From an uncultured Staphylococcaceae bacterium (GTDB lineage: Bacteria; Bacillota_I; Bacilli_A; RFN20; CAG-826), in contig CAZDEE010000001.1 of assembly GCA_964504595.1 (NCBI GenBank), positions 1,200 through 65,199 of the forward strand: a stretch of DNA of 64,000 bases, written 5' to 3'. Shown in pieces: positions 19,647-29,081 of this stretch (the first letter of the stretch is position 1; each line of letters starts with the position of its first letter). Under the pieces are notes generated by a model, which was given only the letters and a program-made list of their open reading frames with translations, had not been told where the DNA came from and did not search any database. Both the position numbers and the translations under genes were made by a program.

Positions 19647-20843
19647 TTAAAGTTTTAATAACTTAACTGTATCTCTAGCTATCATTACTTCTTCATCAGT
19701 TGGAATAACAACAACTTTAATTTTACTATCAGGTGTTGAAATTAATGCTTCTTTACCTCTTAAAGGCATATTAAGTTCTTTATTGATTTTAACACCTAAT
19801 GGTCCTTCTAATTGATCACAGATTAGTTGACGATAATATCCAACATTTTCACCGATACCCGCTGAGAATACGAGAACATCACAACCGCCTAATCTAACAT
19901 AATATTGACCAATAAAATCAAGAATGCGGCGGACAAATAAATCGTTAGCGAGTTTTGCTCTTTGGTTTCCTTTTTCGATTGCGGCTAGAACATCACGACT
20001 ATCATTAGATACACCAGAAACGCCTAAAAATCCTGATTTTTTATTGAATATTTGATACATTTCTTCAACGCTTTTTCCTGTACATTCGCAAGCATATGCC
20101 ATTACAGAAGCATCGATATCACCGGTTCTTGTTCCCATCATAATTCCACCAAGTGGAGTGAGACCCATAGATGTTGCAACGCATTTTCCATCCAAAATTG
20201 CACACAATGAAGCACCGCTTCCTAAGTGACATGAAATGACACGGTTTCCTTTTTCTTTATCATAGTATTTTTCTGCTTCAAGTGCCAAATAATTATGAGA
20301 TGTTCCATGTGCGCCATAACGACGAATACCATAGTCGGTATAATATTCATATGGAATTGGATAAATATAATCTACAGGTTCCATTGTTTGATGGAATGCG
20401 GTATCAAATACTGCAACATTTCCAACATTTGGGAGAACTTTTTTAAACGCTCTAAAGCCTACTAAGTGTGCTGCGTTATGTAAAGGCGCTAATTTGATAA
20501 GTGATTCAATTTTTTTCTCTGTATCATCATCAAATATAGCAGAACTACTAAAATATGATCCTCCTTGAACGATACGGTGACCGATTCCTCCGATTTCATC
20601 AAGTGATTTGATAATTCCTTCACTGATTAAGTTATCTAATAATAATTGAACAGCAACTGCATGATCTAGGATAGGAAGAATGAGTTCTTTTTTTCCATTA
20701 TTAGATTCGATTTTAAAAATAGCATCTTCATGACCAATACGGTCGGCAATACCTTTACAAATTACTGTTTCGCTAGGCATGTCATATAATTTAAATTTTA
20801 ATGATGAGCTTCCGGCATTAACTGCCATAACTTTTGTTGACAT
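19647..20843 (-). CDS. ackA: acetate kinase
   Basis: VMAVNAGSSSLKFKLY, HRIVQGG, FDTAFHQTMP-like and EEVMIA motifs are present. Confidence 0.97.
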   Translation of the reverse strand: MSTKVMAVNAGSSSLKFKLYDMPSETVICKGIADRIGHEDAIFKIESNNGKKELILPILDHAVAVQLLLDNLISEGIIKSLDEIGGIGHRIVQGGSYFSSSAIFDDDTEKKIESLIKLAPLHNAAHLVGFRAFKKVLPNVGNVAVFDTAFHQTMEPVDYIYPIPYEYYTDYGIRRYGAHGTSHNYLALEAEKYYDKEKGNRVISCHLGSGASLCAILDGKCVATSMGLTPLGGIMMGTRTGDIDASVMAYACECTGKSVEEMYQIFNKKSGFLGVSGVSNDSRDVLAAIEKGNQRAKLANDLFVRRILDFIGQYYVRLGGCDVLVFSAGIGENVGYYRQLICDQLEGPLGVKINKELNMPLRGKEALISTPDSKIKVVVIPTDEEVMIARDTVKLLKL

Positions 20844-21061
20844 ATTTATAAATCCTCCATTTATCGCAAATATTTTACTTTAAATTGCTATAAATGTAAA
20901 GGTTTATACCCCTTTTAAGATACCTAAAAATGCGTTGTTTTAAATGAAAAGAGGATATTTATGAGCTAATTTATCAATGAAAGTAATGGAAATAGTAAAT
21001 TTTCCTTTTTACGATTGAAAATTTAATATATAATATTAAAGGACATACGGAGGTGCCTATT

Positions 21062-22894
21062 ATGGCTTATGGATTACTAAATGATTTCTATTATGGTCAA
21101 ACAATAGATGCATATCGATATTTTGGAGCGCATTTTGTTACGGTAGATGATGTAAAAGGCGTTATGTTTCGTTTGTACGCTCCTCATGCAAGTGATGTTT
21201 CCGTTATTGGTGAATGGAACTCCTGGGATGCAACAGTTCATAAAATGAATAAAATTGATGATGGGGGAGTATTTGAATTATTTATTCCTAATTTAACTAA
21301 TTATCAATCTTATAAATTTCATTTCAAAAATGCTAAAGGCCGATATGTAGATAAAGCTGATCCTTATGCTTTTTATAGTGAATATCGCCCTGGAACATGC
21401 TCGAGATTATTTGATTATGAAAATTTTATTTGGCATGATGAAGATTTTATGAGAAATAGAAATCGTAATTTTGATCAACCGATGAGTATTTATGAAATTC
21501 ATCTTGGTTCCTGGAAAGGACAAGTTGATGGTAGAAATTTATCATATGAGGAAATTGCTGATTACTTAATTCCATATGTAAAGAGTCATGGGTTTACACA
21601 TGTGGAAATAATGCCAATTACTCAATATCCTTTTGATGGTTCGTGGGGATATCAAGCAACTGGTTTTTATTCTGTTGATTCTCGTTATGGTAACCCAATG
21701 CAATTAATGTCGTTTGTCGACCGAATGCATCAAGCGGGAATTGGCGTTATATTAGATTTTGTGTTAGTTCATTTTGCAATTGATAAACATGCATTGATAA
21801 ATTTTGATGGCACAAAAATGTATGAATATGCTTCTCGAGGTAATACTTATTCTCAATGGGGAAGTGCAATGTTTGATTTAGGAAAAGATCCTGTTCGTTC
21901 ATTTTTGATGTCCGCAATTGAATATTTTGTTAGTAATTATCATTTTGATGGTGTTAGATTAGATGCGGTTAGTAATATCATCTATTGGCATGGAGATGTT
22001 TCAAAAGGTGTTAATGATGAAGCAATCGAATTTATCAAAAGATTGAATGGAAAACTACATTATGCACATCCTGATTTAATGATTATTGCTGAAGATTCAT
22101 CTGCGTATCAAGGTGTAACAAAACCTCTAGAATATGGCGGTTTAGGATTCGATTATAAGTGGGATTTAGGTTGGATGAATGATACTTTACGTTATTATGG
22201 ATTAGATCCTATTTATCGTAAATATCATCACAATATGATTAATTTCTCAATGGCGTATTTTTATTCAGAAAACTTTTTACTTCCTCTTTCACATGATGAA
22301 GTGGTTCATGGAAAAGGAACAATTATCAATAAATTATGGGGTGATTATTCTCAAAAATTTATGCAACTTAGAAATTTATATACTTACCAATGGGCACATC
22401 CAGGTAAGAAATTAAATTTTATGGGTAATGAACTTGCGAGTTTTGATGAATGGAATGAAAATAAATCGCTTCCATGGGAATTAAAGAAATTTCCAATTCA
22501 TGATTCAATTTCACGAATGATTCGTGATTTAAACGCTATTTATGCTTATGAAAAAGCAATGCATAGTGAAGAGCATAATGGCGAGCATTTTAAATGGTTA
22601 ATGGTTGATAATTCTGATCAAAGTGTATATGCTTTTCAACGTACATATGATGAGGATGTCCTCGTATTTGTATTTAATATGACACCTAATTACTATGAAT
22701 ATTATGATATCGGTGTTTATGTTGATGGTGAATATGAAGAAATATTCAACTCTGAAAAAGATGTTTATAGTGGCTGTAATCAATATAATGGATTGCCTTT
22801 AATGACTACTCCATTAGGTCCAGAGAATAAGCCACATAAAATCACAATTAAATTAGCAAGCTTTGCGGCAATTATATTTAAGTTAAAAAAATAA
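21062..22894 (+). CDS. glgB: 1,4-alpha-glucan branching enzyme
   Basis: GH13 motifs are present: DFVLVHF, GVRLDAV, AEDSS and SHDEVVHGK. I chose the ATG at 21062, 6 nt after GGAGGTG. Confidence 0.95.
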   Translation: MAYGLLNDFYYGQTIDAYRYFGAHFVTVDDVKGVMFRLYAPHASDVSVIGEWNSWDATVHKMNKIDDGGVFELFIPNLTNYQSYKFHFKNAKGRYVDKADPYAFYSEYRPGTCSRLFDYENFIWHDEDFMRNRNRNFDQPMSIYEIHLGSWKGQVDGRNLSYEEIADYLIPYVKSHGFTHVEIMPITQYPFDGSWGYQATGFYSVDSRYGNPMQLMSFVDRMHQAGIGVILDFVLVHFAIDKHALINFDGTKMYEYASRGNTYSQWGSAMFDLGKDPVRSFLMSAIEYFVSNYHFDGVRLDAVSNIIYWHGDVSKGVNDEAIEFIKRLNGKLHYAHPDLMIIAEDSSAYQGVTKPLEYGGLGFDYKWDLGWMNDTLRYYGLDPIYRKYHHNMINFSMAYFYSENFLLPLSHDEVVHGKGTIINKLWGDYSQKFMQLRNLYTYQWAHPGKKLNFMGNELASFDEWNENKSLPWELKKFPIHDSISRMIRDLNAIYAYEKAMHSEEHNGEHFKWLMVDNSDQSVYAFQRTYDEDVLVFVFNMTPNYYEYYDIGVYVDGEYEEIFNSEKDVYSGCNQYNGLPLMTTPLGPENKPHKITIKLASFAAIIFKLKK

Positions 22895-22910
22895 GAAAGT
22901 AGGTCTATTT

Positions 22911-25331
22911 ATGTATAAAAACATTTTTGAAAACAAAGAATCTTTTGCTCGAGAATTTGAGCGTCGTTTACTCACAAAATATTGTATTAGTATTCAAAAT
23001 TCAGATATTACCGAAAGATACAATATTTTAGGAGAAATGGTTCGTGACTATGCAAGTGCAGACTGGAGAACAACAAGTGATGCAGTGCAAAAAAACGAAC
23101 AACGTCAATTAATTTATTTTTCAATGGAATTCTTAATTGGACGTTTGTTAGTCAATAACATGATGAATTTAGGTATTTATGATGTTGCAAAACAAGGATT
23201 AGCTTCTTTAGGAATTGATATTCATGAACTTGAAGAAACTGAATCTGATGCTGGATTAGGTAATGGTGGTTTAGGACGTCTTGCGGCATGTTTCTTAGAT
23301 TCAATTGCGTCATTAGGATATCCTGGTGATGGTAACTGTATCCGTTATGAATATGGATTTTTTAAACAAAAAATCGCTAATGGAAAGCAAACTGAAGTTC
23401 CTGATCAATGGTTAACAAATGGAAACGTTTGGGAAGTTAGAAAACCAAAACATGCTGTAGAAGTTCAATTCTATGGACGCGCTGAAACATATCAAGATGA
23501 TGATGGTTGCATTCGTTCAAGAACGGTTGATGCAATTTGTGTTAAAGCTGTTCCTTATGATGTTTCCGTTATTGGTTATCACAATGAAGTTGCTAATACT
23601 CTTCGTTTGTGGAGTGCTGAACCAAGTGAAAAGCACTTACCAAAGAATCAAAAGTTCTCAGATTATTTAACGACTTTAAAAGAGTTATGTCATGGACTTT
23701 ATCCAGATGATTCGACAGAACATGGTAAGATATTACGTCTTCGTCAACAATATTTCTTAGTGAGTGCTGGTTTACAAAGTGCGATTAGGGCTCATTTAAG
23801 AAAATATGGAACATTAGATAATTTTTCTGATAAATACGTTTTCCAATTAAATGATACCCATCCAATTTTAGCTATTCCAGAATTAATGAGATTATTAATG
23901 GATGAATATCATTATGGCTGGGATGAAGCTTGGGCTCAAGTTCAAAAATGTATGGCTTATACTAATCATACAATTATGGCTGAAGCTTTGGAAAAATGGC
24001 CTGTTCATTATGTACAACAATTGATTCCTCGTTGTTACATGATTATTGAAGAAATAAATCGCCGATTCCATATATATTTAAATACACGGGGTTTTTCAGA
24101 AGATCGTCGTCGCAATGTTTCCATCATTAAAGATGGTATGATTCATATGACAAATTTAGCTATTTATGCTTGTTTCTCAGTTAATGGCGTCGCGGCTTTA
24201 CATACAAAAATCTTAAAAGAATCAACATTTAAAGATTTCTATGAGTTATTCCCAGAAAAGTTTAATAACAAGACAAATGGTATTACTCATCGTCGTTGGT
24301 TCTTATATTCTAATCCAAAATTAGCTTCCACAATTACTTCATATATCGGTGATGAATGGATTTTAAATCCAAATAAATTTGAAAAGTTAATGGATTATGT
24401 TGACGATACAAAATTACAAAAGCAATTTTTGGATATCAAACAAGAAAATAAGACTCGCTTAGCAAAATATATTAAGGATCATTTTGATATTGAGGTGGAT
24501 ACAAATTCAATTTTTGATGTTCAAATCAAGCGTTTACATGCTTATAAACGCCAATTAATGAACGTTTTCCATATAATGTATTTATATCAACGTATGAAAA
24601 ATGATCCAACCTTTAGAATTAAACCACATACATTTATTTTTGGTGCAAAAGCTGCGCCAAGCTATGCGTACGCTAAAAAAATAATTGAATTAATTTTGGA
24701 TGTTGCAAGAGTCATTAATAATGATCCAGAAATATCTAAGTATATGAAGGTTGTTTTTATGGAAAATTATGGTGTATCACTTGCAGAAATAATTATTCCT
24801 GCTGCGGATATTTCTGAACAAATTTCCACTGCTGGTAAAGAAGCATCAGGAACTTCAAATATGAAGTTTATGATGAATGGGGCAATTACATTAGGCACTT
24901 TAGATGGCGCTAATGTGGAAATTGTTGAACGTGTCGGTGATGAAAATGCTGTTATTTTTGGTTTAAAAGACCATGAAATCGATAAATTAAGATGGACAGG
25001 TGCTTATAATCCATGGGATATTTACAATACTAATCCTCAAATAAAGAATTTGATGGATTCATTACTTACCGGAGAATGGTCACAAGGCGATGGAAATAAG
25101 TATCGTATGATATTTGATGAAGTCATGTATCGCAATGATGAATATTTTATTTTAAAGGATTTTGAATCATATGAAAAAGCCTTTGATAAAATTTGTTCTT
25201 TATATGAAAATAGAGAAAAATGGGCAAGAAGTTGTTTAATAAATATAGCTCAATCTGGATATTTCTCATCCGATAGAACAATTGAACAATATGCATCAGA
25301 AATTTGGAAATTAAAAAAGATTGTAAAATAA
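22911..25331 (+). CDS. glgP: glycogen/maltodextrin phosphorylase
   Basis: 806 aa. GLGNGGLGRLAACFLDS is present. The PLP-lysine region reads ISTAGKEASGTSNMKFMMNG. Confidence 0.96.
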   Translation: MYKNIFENKESFAREFERRLLTKYCISIQNSDITERYNILGEMVRDYASADWRTTSDAVQKNEQRQLIYFSMEFLIGRLLVNNMMNLGIYDVAKQGLASLGIDIHELEETESDAGLGNGGLGRLAACFLDSIASLGYPGDGNCIRYEYGFFKQKIANGKQTEVPDQWLTNGNVWEVRKPKHAVEVQFYGRAETYQDDDGCIRSRTVDAICVKAVPYDVSVIGYHNEVANTLRLWSAEPSEKHLPKNQKFSDYLTTLKELCHGLYPDDSTEHGKILRLRQQYFLVSAGLQSAIRAHLRKYGTLDNFSDKYVFQLNDTHPILAIPELMRLLMDEYHYGWDEAWAQVQKCMAYTNHTIMAEALEKWPVHYVQQLIPRCYMIIEEINRRFHIYLNTRGFSEDRRRNVSIIKDGMIHMTNLAIYACFSVNGVAALHTKILKESTFKDFYELFPEKFNNKTNGITHRRWFLYSNPKLASTITSYIGDEWILNPNKFEKLMDYVDDTKLQKQFLDIKQENKTRLAKYIKDHFDIEVDTNSIFDVQIKRLHAYKRQLMNVFHIMYLYQRMKNDPTFRIKPHTFIFGAKAAPSYAYAKKIIELILDVARVINNDPEISKYMKVVFMENYGVSLAEIIIPAADISEQISTAGKEASGTSNMKFMMNGAITLGTLDGANVEIVERVGDENAVIFGLKDHEIDKLRWTGAYNPWDIYNTNPQIKNLMDSLLTGEWSQGDGNKYRMIFDEVMYRNDEYFILKDFESYEKAFDKICSLYENREKWARSCLINIAQSGYFSSDRTIEQYASEIWKLKKIVK

Positions 25332-25353
25332 TTAAATAAAGGAGGAAAAAACA

Positions 25354-26442
25354 ATGAATGAACAAGAAAGATTAACGTTTTTAAAAGAAGTATCCGAAGT
25401 TAATGGTATTTCTGGAAATGAAGTTGAGGTTTCAAAGCTTTTTGAAAGATATGCCACTCCATATGCTAATAAAATTGAACACGATCAATTAGGTTGTATT
25501 TTTGCTTATCAACATGGAAATGAAGGAGAACCAACCGTAATGATTTGCGGTCATATGGATGAAGTTGGATTCTTAGTTTCCCGTATTGAGGATTCAGGTT
25601 TATTAAGATTACATCCTGTTGGTGGATGGTGGAATCATGTTGTTCTTGCAGAAGTTATGACTGTAAAAACTCGTGATGGAAGAGAGTATAAGGGAGTTAC
25701 TGGTGCTCAACCACCTCATGGCTTACCACCTGAAATGAGAGCGAAGGTTTTAGATACTAAGGATTTATATTTAGATATGGGAGTTACCGATCGTAAGATG
25801 ATTGAAGAATTAGGCATTCGTGTTGGTGATACCGTTACTCCATATACAGAATTTAGAGTTCTTAATGATGGAAAGACCTTATTAGGTAAAGCATGGGATG
25901 ATCGTATTGGTATGGCAATTGCTTTAGAAGTTTTAGAAAATCTTTCTAAAGAAAAACATAAAGCTAACTATGTTGCTGTTGGTACAGTTCAAGAAGAAGT
26001 TGGCTTAAGAGGTGCAAAAACTGCTGCTTACCATGTACATCCAGATATTGCTTTTGCTACTGATGTAACTATGTCATATGACTTACCAGGTTCACCAAAC
26101 AATCCAACAAAATTAGGTTCAGGTGTTGCTTTATCAATTATGGATGGAAGTGTTATTGCTCATCGTGGTTTGTTTGATTTTGTTGAAAAAATTGCGAAAG
26201 AAAAAGGTGTTAAATATACCTATGATATGTTAACTGCCGGTGGCACTGATAGTGGTGAAATTCACAAGCAATTTGATGGAATTATCAATATGACAATTTC
26301 TTTACCATGTCGATACTTCCATAGCCATGTTTCTTTAATTGATATTGAAGATTATAAAGCTGCGGTTGATTTAATGACTGAAGTTGTGAAAGCAATTGAT
26401 AATGGCGCTTTACAAGAATTAAAAGAATCAAAATATAGATAG
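25354..26442 (+). CDS. M42 family glutamyl aminopeptidase
   Basis: GHMDEVGF, AWDDRIG and VQEEVGLRGA are M42 metal-ligand motifs. Confidence 0.85.
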   Translation: MNEQERLTFLKEVSEVNGISGNEVEVSKLFERYATPYANKIEHDQLGCIFAYQHGNEGEPTVMICGHMDEVGFLVSRIEDSGLLRLHPVGGWWNHVVLAEVMTVKTRDGREYKGVTGAQPPHGLPPEMRAKVLDTKDLYLDMGVTDRKMIEELGIRVGDTVTPYTEFRVLNDGKTLLGKAWDDRIGMAIALEVLENLSKEKHKANYVAVGTVQEEVGLRGAKTAAYHVHPDIAFATDVTMSYDLPGSPNNPTKLGSGVALSIMDGSVIAHRGLFDFVEKIAKEKGVKYTYDMLTAGGTDSGEIHKQFDGIINMTISLPCRYFHSHVSLIDIEDYKAAVDLMTEVVKAIDNGALQELKESKYR

Positions 26443-26483
26443 TTTTATTTAAACCATTTTAATTAAAAAACTACTTGTATATT

Positions 26484-26520
26484 AAGCATTGGGACTATTT
26501 GAGAACCAATGCTTTATTTA
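26484..26520 (+). terminator. terminator after the M42 peptidase gene
   Basis: Perfect 9-bp stem AAGCATTGG/CCAATGCTT (26484-26492 / 26506-26514), followed by a T-rich tail. Confidence 0.65.
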
Positions 26521-26552
26521 TTAATAAGAGAGCAGTTAAAAAAATATAAATA

Positions 26553-26593
26553 AAAAGAGTACTTTTTTTGTAAATAGATGAAAGTACTCTTTT
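26553..26593. terminator. long perfect hairpin, bidirectional terminator between convergent units
   Basis: The 13-bp perfect stem AAAAGAGTACTTT/AAAGTACTCTTTT has a 15-nt loop. It is flanked by A-runs and T-runs on both sides. Confidence 0.7.
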
Positions 26594-26631
26594 TATGATT
26601 TTAATTTATATTAAGTTTTTTATTTTTTAAA

Positions 26632-27099
26632 TTATAAATGATAGGCGACGCAATTAAGGCCCCCCATAATTCCTTGCAAAATATTTAAAGGCATATTCAA
26701 AATTGCTACAGAAAAGCCAAAAAATGCAAAATCTGGGATAAAATATATACAACCCATTATAAATCCAGCGATGAATAATGATAGATATTTTAACTTTTCG
26801 CTTTTGATGTTCTTAAAAAAATAACCTGCTAAGAATCCTTCTAATCCTTTTGCGATAATTGTAAAAGGAATATAAGTAGTATAACCAGAAATTAAATCAC
26901 ATATTGCACCGCTACAAATACCAATAATCATTCCACCTACAGGAAAAGTGATGTTCGAACCAATTATAATTAGGGCATCAGATAAGTTAAGATAACCACT
27001 GTTAGAGGAAAGAGGTATGATAATAATCAGCGTTACAACAATAGTTAATGCAGTTAAGGCACTAATTTCGGATATACATTTTACTCTATCATTCATCAT
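26632..27099 (-). CDS. small 5-6-TM membrane protein, resembles an ECF-transporter S (substrate-capture) component
   Basis: 155 aa, Gly-rich and hydrophobic (…GGMIIGICSGAICDLISG…). The size and topology fit S components. The substrate is unknown. It overlaps the upstream DUF523 gene by 11 nt. Confidence 0.4.
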   Translation of the reverse strand: MMNDRVKCISEISALTALTIVVTLIIIIPLSSNSGYLNLSDALIIIGSNITFPVGGMIIGICSGAICDLISGYTTYIPFTIIAKGLEGFLAGYFFKNIKSEKLKYLSLFIAGFIMGCIYFIPDFAFFGFSVAILNMPLNILQGIMGGLNCVAYHL

Positions 27100-27529
27100 C
27101 TATTAGCTCTTTCCATTCCTCTTCTGTATAGACTTTAATTCCATTTTTCATTAACAATTCAGCGGTTATTCCATTTCCATCAATGAGTGTTCCGCTAAAA
27201 GTCCCATCATATATTTTTCCTTTACCACATGATGGACTTTTTGATTTTAAAATTGCTTTTGTTATATTGTTTTTTTTTGCAACTTCAAGCGCATTTATCG
27301 CGCCTTTAAGAAAGAATTCCGTATTATCAACACCATTTTTATTAACAATAATATCATTTTTTCTTTCACTTGGCGCTCTTGGAATAGATAAGCCTCCATC
27401 ACATTCAGGACAAATATAGACGAATTCATACTTATTCTGTAGTGATTTTAATTCTTCTTTATAATTTGTATTTCCATCATAACGACAATATGCTCCCATT
27501 AAACATGCACTCACTAATATTTTTTCCAT
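27089..27529 (-). CDS. DUF523 family protein (TudS-like, putative thiouracil desulfurase fold)
   Basis: MEKILVSACLMGAYCRYDG... and SPSCG carry the conserved Cys pattern of DUF523/YbbK proteins. Confidence 0.75.
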   Translation of the reverse strand: MEKILVSACLMGAYCRYDGNTNYKEELKSLQNKYEFVYICPECDGGLSIPRAPSERKNDIIVNKNGVDNTEFFLKGAINALEVAKKNNITKAILKSKSPSCGKGKIYDGTFSGTLIDGNGITAELLMKNGIKVYTEEEWKELIDDE

Positions 27530-27645
27530 AAGATCACCGGTTTTATTTTAAATATTTAAAATAATATTTTCAATTAGTTTTGAAAAAATGTGCTTATTTT
27601 GCTAAAATAATTAGTAATATCACATTTTGAATTTGAGGGATTTAA

Positions 27646-28287
27646 ATGAAGGAATATATTATTAATACATCGATTGATTATAAAGGTAAAAAAATTCAAA
27701 TTAATATAACTTATAAAAAAGTTAAAAATATCAATTTTCGCATTAGAAATGGTGCCCTTCATGTTTCTGCACCTCGAGTTGTAAGTGTTGCTTATATTAA
27801 GAATGCCTGCCTTCATTTGAATGAAAGGTTATTAAATAAATTAATTTCGGAAGATGATATAGGCGAAGAATATATCTATATACTCGGTGAGAAAAGAAAA
27901 CTAAGATATATTCTCGATGATGATATAGAAAATGCGATTACATATCGAAATCAAAGTGATTTGGAACGTAAAATTAAATCTTTGGCTTTAGATATTATTA
28001 CTGATCGAGTTCGATATTATGAAGATATAATGAATATTAAACCTTCATATAAAGTAACTGTTAAAAAAATGTCAACGAGATATGGATCTAATTCAAGAAG
28101 AACTCATTCATTGTCATTTTCATTGACTTTAATTCACTATCCAATTAGTGTTATAGATGCGGTTGTCGTTCATGAACTAGCTCATTATCGACAATTTAAT
28201 CATTCTAAAGCTTTTTATGATGAAATAAATAGATATTATCCAATGTACAAACAGGAAATAAAAAAATTAAAAGGAGGTCATTGCTAA
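27646..28287 (+). CDS. YgjP-like (DUF45/M48-related) metal-dependent hydrolase
   Basis: A C-terminal HELAHY (HExxH) motif follows RYGSNS. The overall layout matches the YgjP family. Confidence 0.8.
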   Translation: MKEYIINTSIDYKGKKIQINITYKKVKNINFRIRNGALHVSAPRVVSVAYIKNACLHLNERLLNKLISEDDIGEEYIYILGEKRKLRYILDDDIENAITYRNQSDLERKIKSLALDIITDRVRYYEDIMNIKPSYKVTVKKMSTRYGSNSRRTHSLSFSLTLIHYPISVIDAVVVHELAHYRQFNHSKAFYDEINRYYPMYKQEIKKLKGGHC

Positions 28288-29027
28288 TGATTCATTATAT
28301 TACTAGTAGAACAAATACAAGAATAAAAGATTTATTAACATTGAAAGACTCTAAAATAAGAAAAGAAAGAGGATTGTTTCTTGTTGAAGGTTTCCATCTT
28401 TTAGAGATGGCTTTAGAGGCTGATCAAGTAGAATTAATAATTACTGAGAAGATTATTGATAATATTCCTGAACATATTGACCAACTTGTTGTGACTCATG
28501 ATGTTATTAAAAAGTTCTCTAGTCAAGTTACACCTCAAGGCGTTATTGTTGTATGTAAATTAAAAGAAAGACAATTATCTTATGGAAATCGCATTTTATA
28601 TTTAGATGGTATTTCTGATCCAGGGAATTTAGGAACGATATTAAGAACTGCAGTTTCCTTTGGATTTAATGATATAATTTTATCTAAGGGAAGTTGTTCT
28701 CCATATAATGAGAAAGTATTATCATCTTCTCAAGGAGCAATTTTTAATTTACAAATTCAAGAAGGCGAAGCTTCAATTTTAAATTCTTTAAAACAAAAGG
28801 ACTATCAAATTTTAGCTACTTATCTTCATGGAGGAAAGCCGATTGAACAAGTTAGATTAAATAAGAAAGTCGTTTTAGTAATTGGAAATGAAAGTCATGG
28901 AGTTAGTGATGATTCTTTGTCTTTAGCGGATGAAAAAGTTTTCATTCCAATGAAAGTTATGGAATCTTTAAATGTTGGTGTTGCTACTGGAATATTGTGT
29001 TATTACGTTGATAGTACGCTAAAATAA
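28287..29027 (+). CDS. TrmH/SpoU-family RNA 2'-O-methyltransferase (YsgA-like)
   Basis: LVEGFHLL, DGISDPGNLGTILRTA, VIGNESHGVS and SLNVGVATGI are SPOUT motifs. The ATG at 28287 forms a TAATG overlap with the upstream stop and has an AAGGAGG Shine-Dalgarno. Confidence 0.85.
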   Translation: MIHYITSRTNTRIKDLLTLKDSKIRKERGLFLVEGFHLLEMALEADQVELIITEKIIDNIPEHIDQLVVTHDVIKKFSSQVTPQGVIVVCKLKERQLSYGNRILYLDGISDPGNLGTILRTAVSFGFNDIILSKGSCSPYNEKVLSSSQGAIFNLQIQEGEASILNSLKQKDYQILATYLHGGKPIEQVRLNKKVVLVIGNESHGVSDDSLSLADEKVFIPMKVMESLNVGVATGILCYYVDSTLK

Positions 29028-29081
29028 TTTATAAAGAATAGTCAAGTTTTTTAACTTGCTAAAATGGAAGTGGGTGAGGTT

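Noticed and set aside
20895-20908. A cre (CcpA)-like site, TGTAAAGGTTTATA, upstream of ackA.
   Set aside because: It lacks the central CG and the 3' C of the consensus WTGNAANCGNWNNCW. It is too degenerate to call in AT-rich DNA without a scoring matrix.
27574-27816. An 80-aa minus-strand ORF across the DUF523/ygjP divergent promoter region.
   Set aside because: It overlaps the 5' end of the ygjP-like gene in antisense and has no ribosome-binding site. It is AT-rich and low-complexity.
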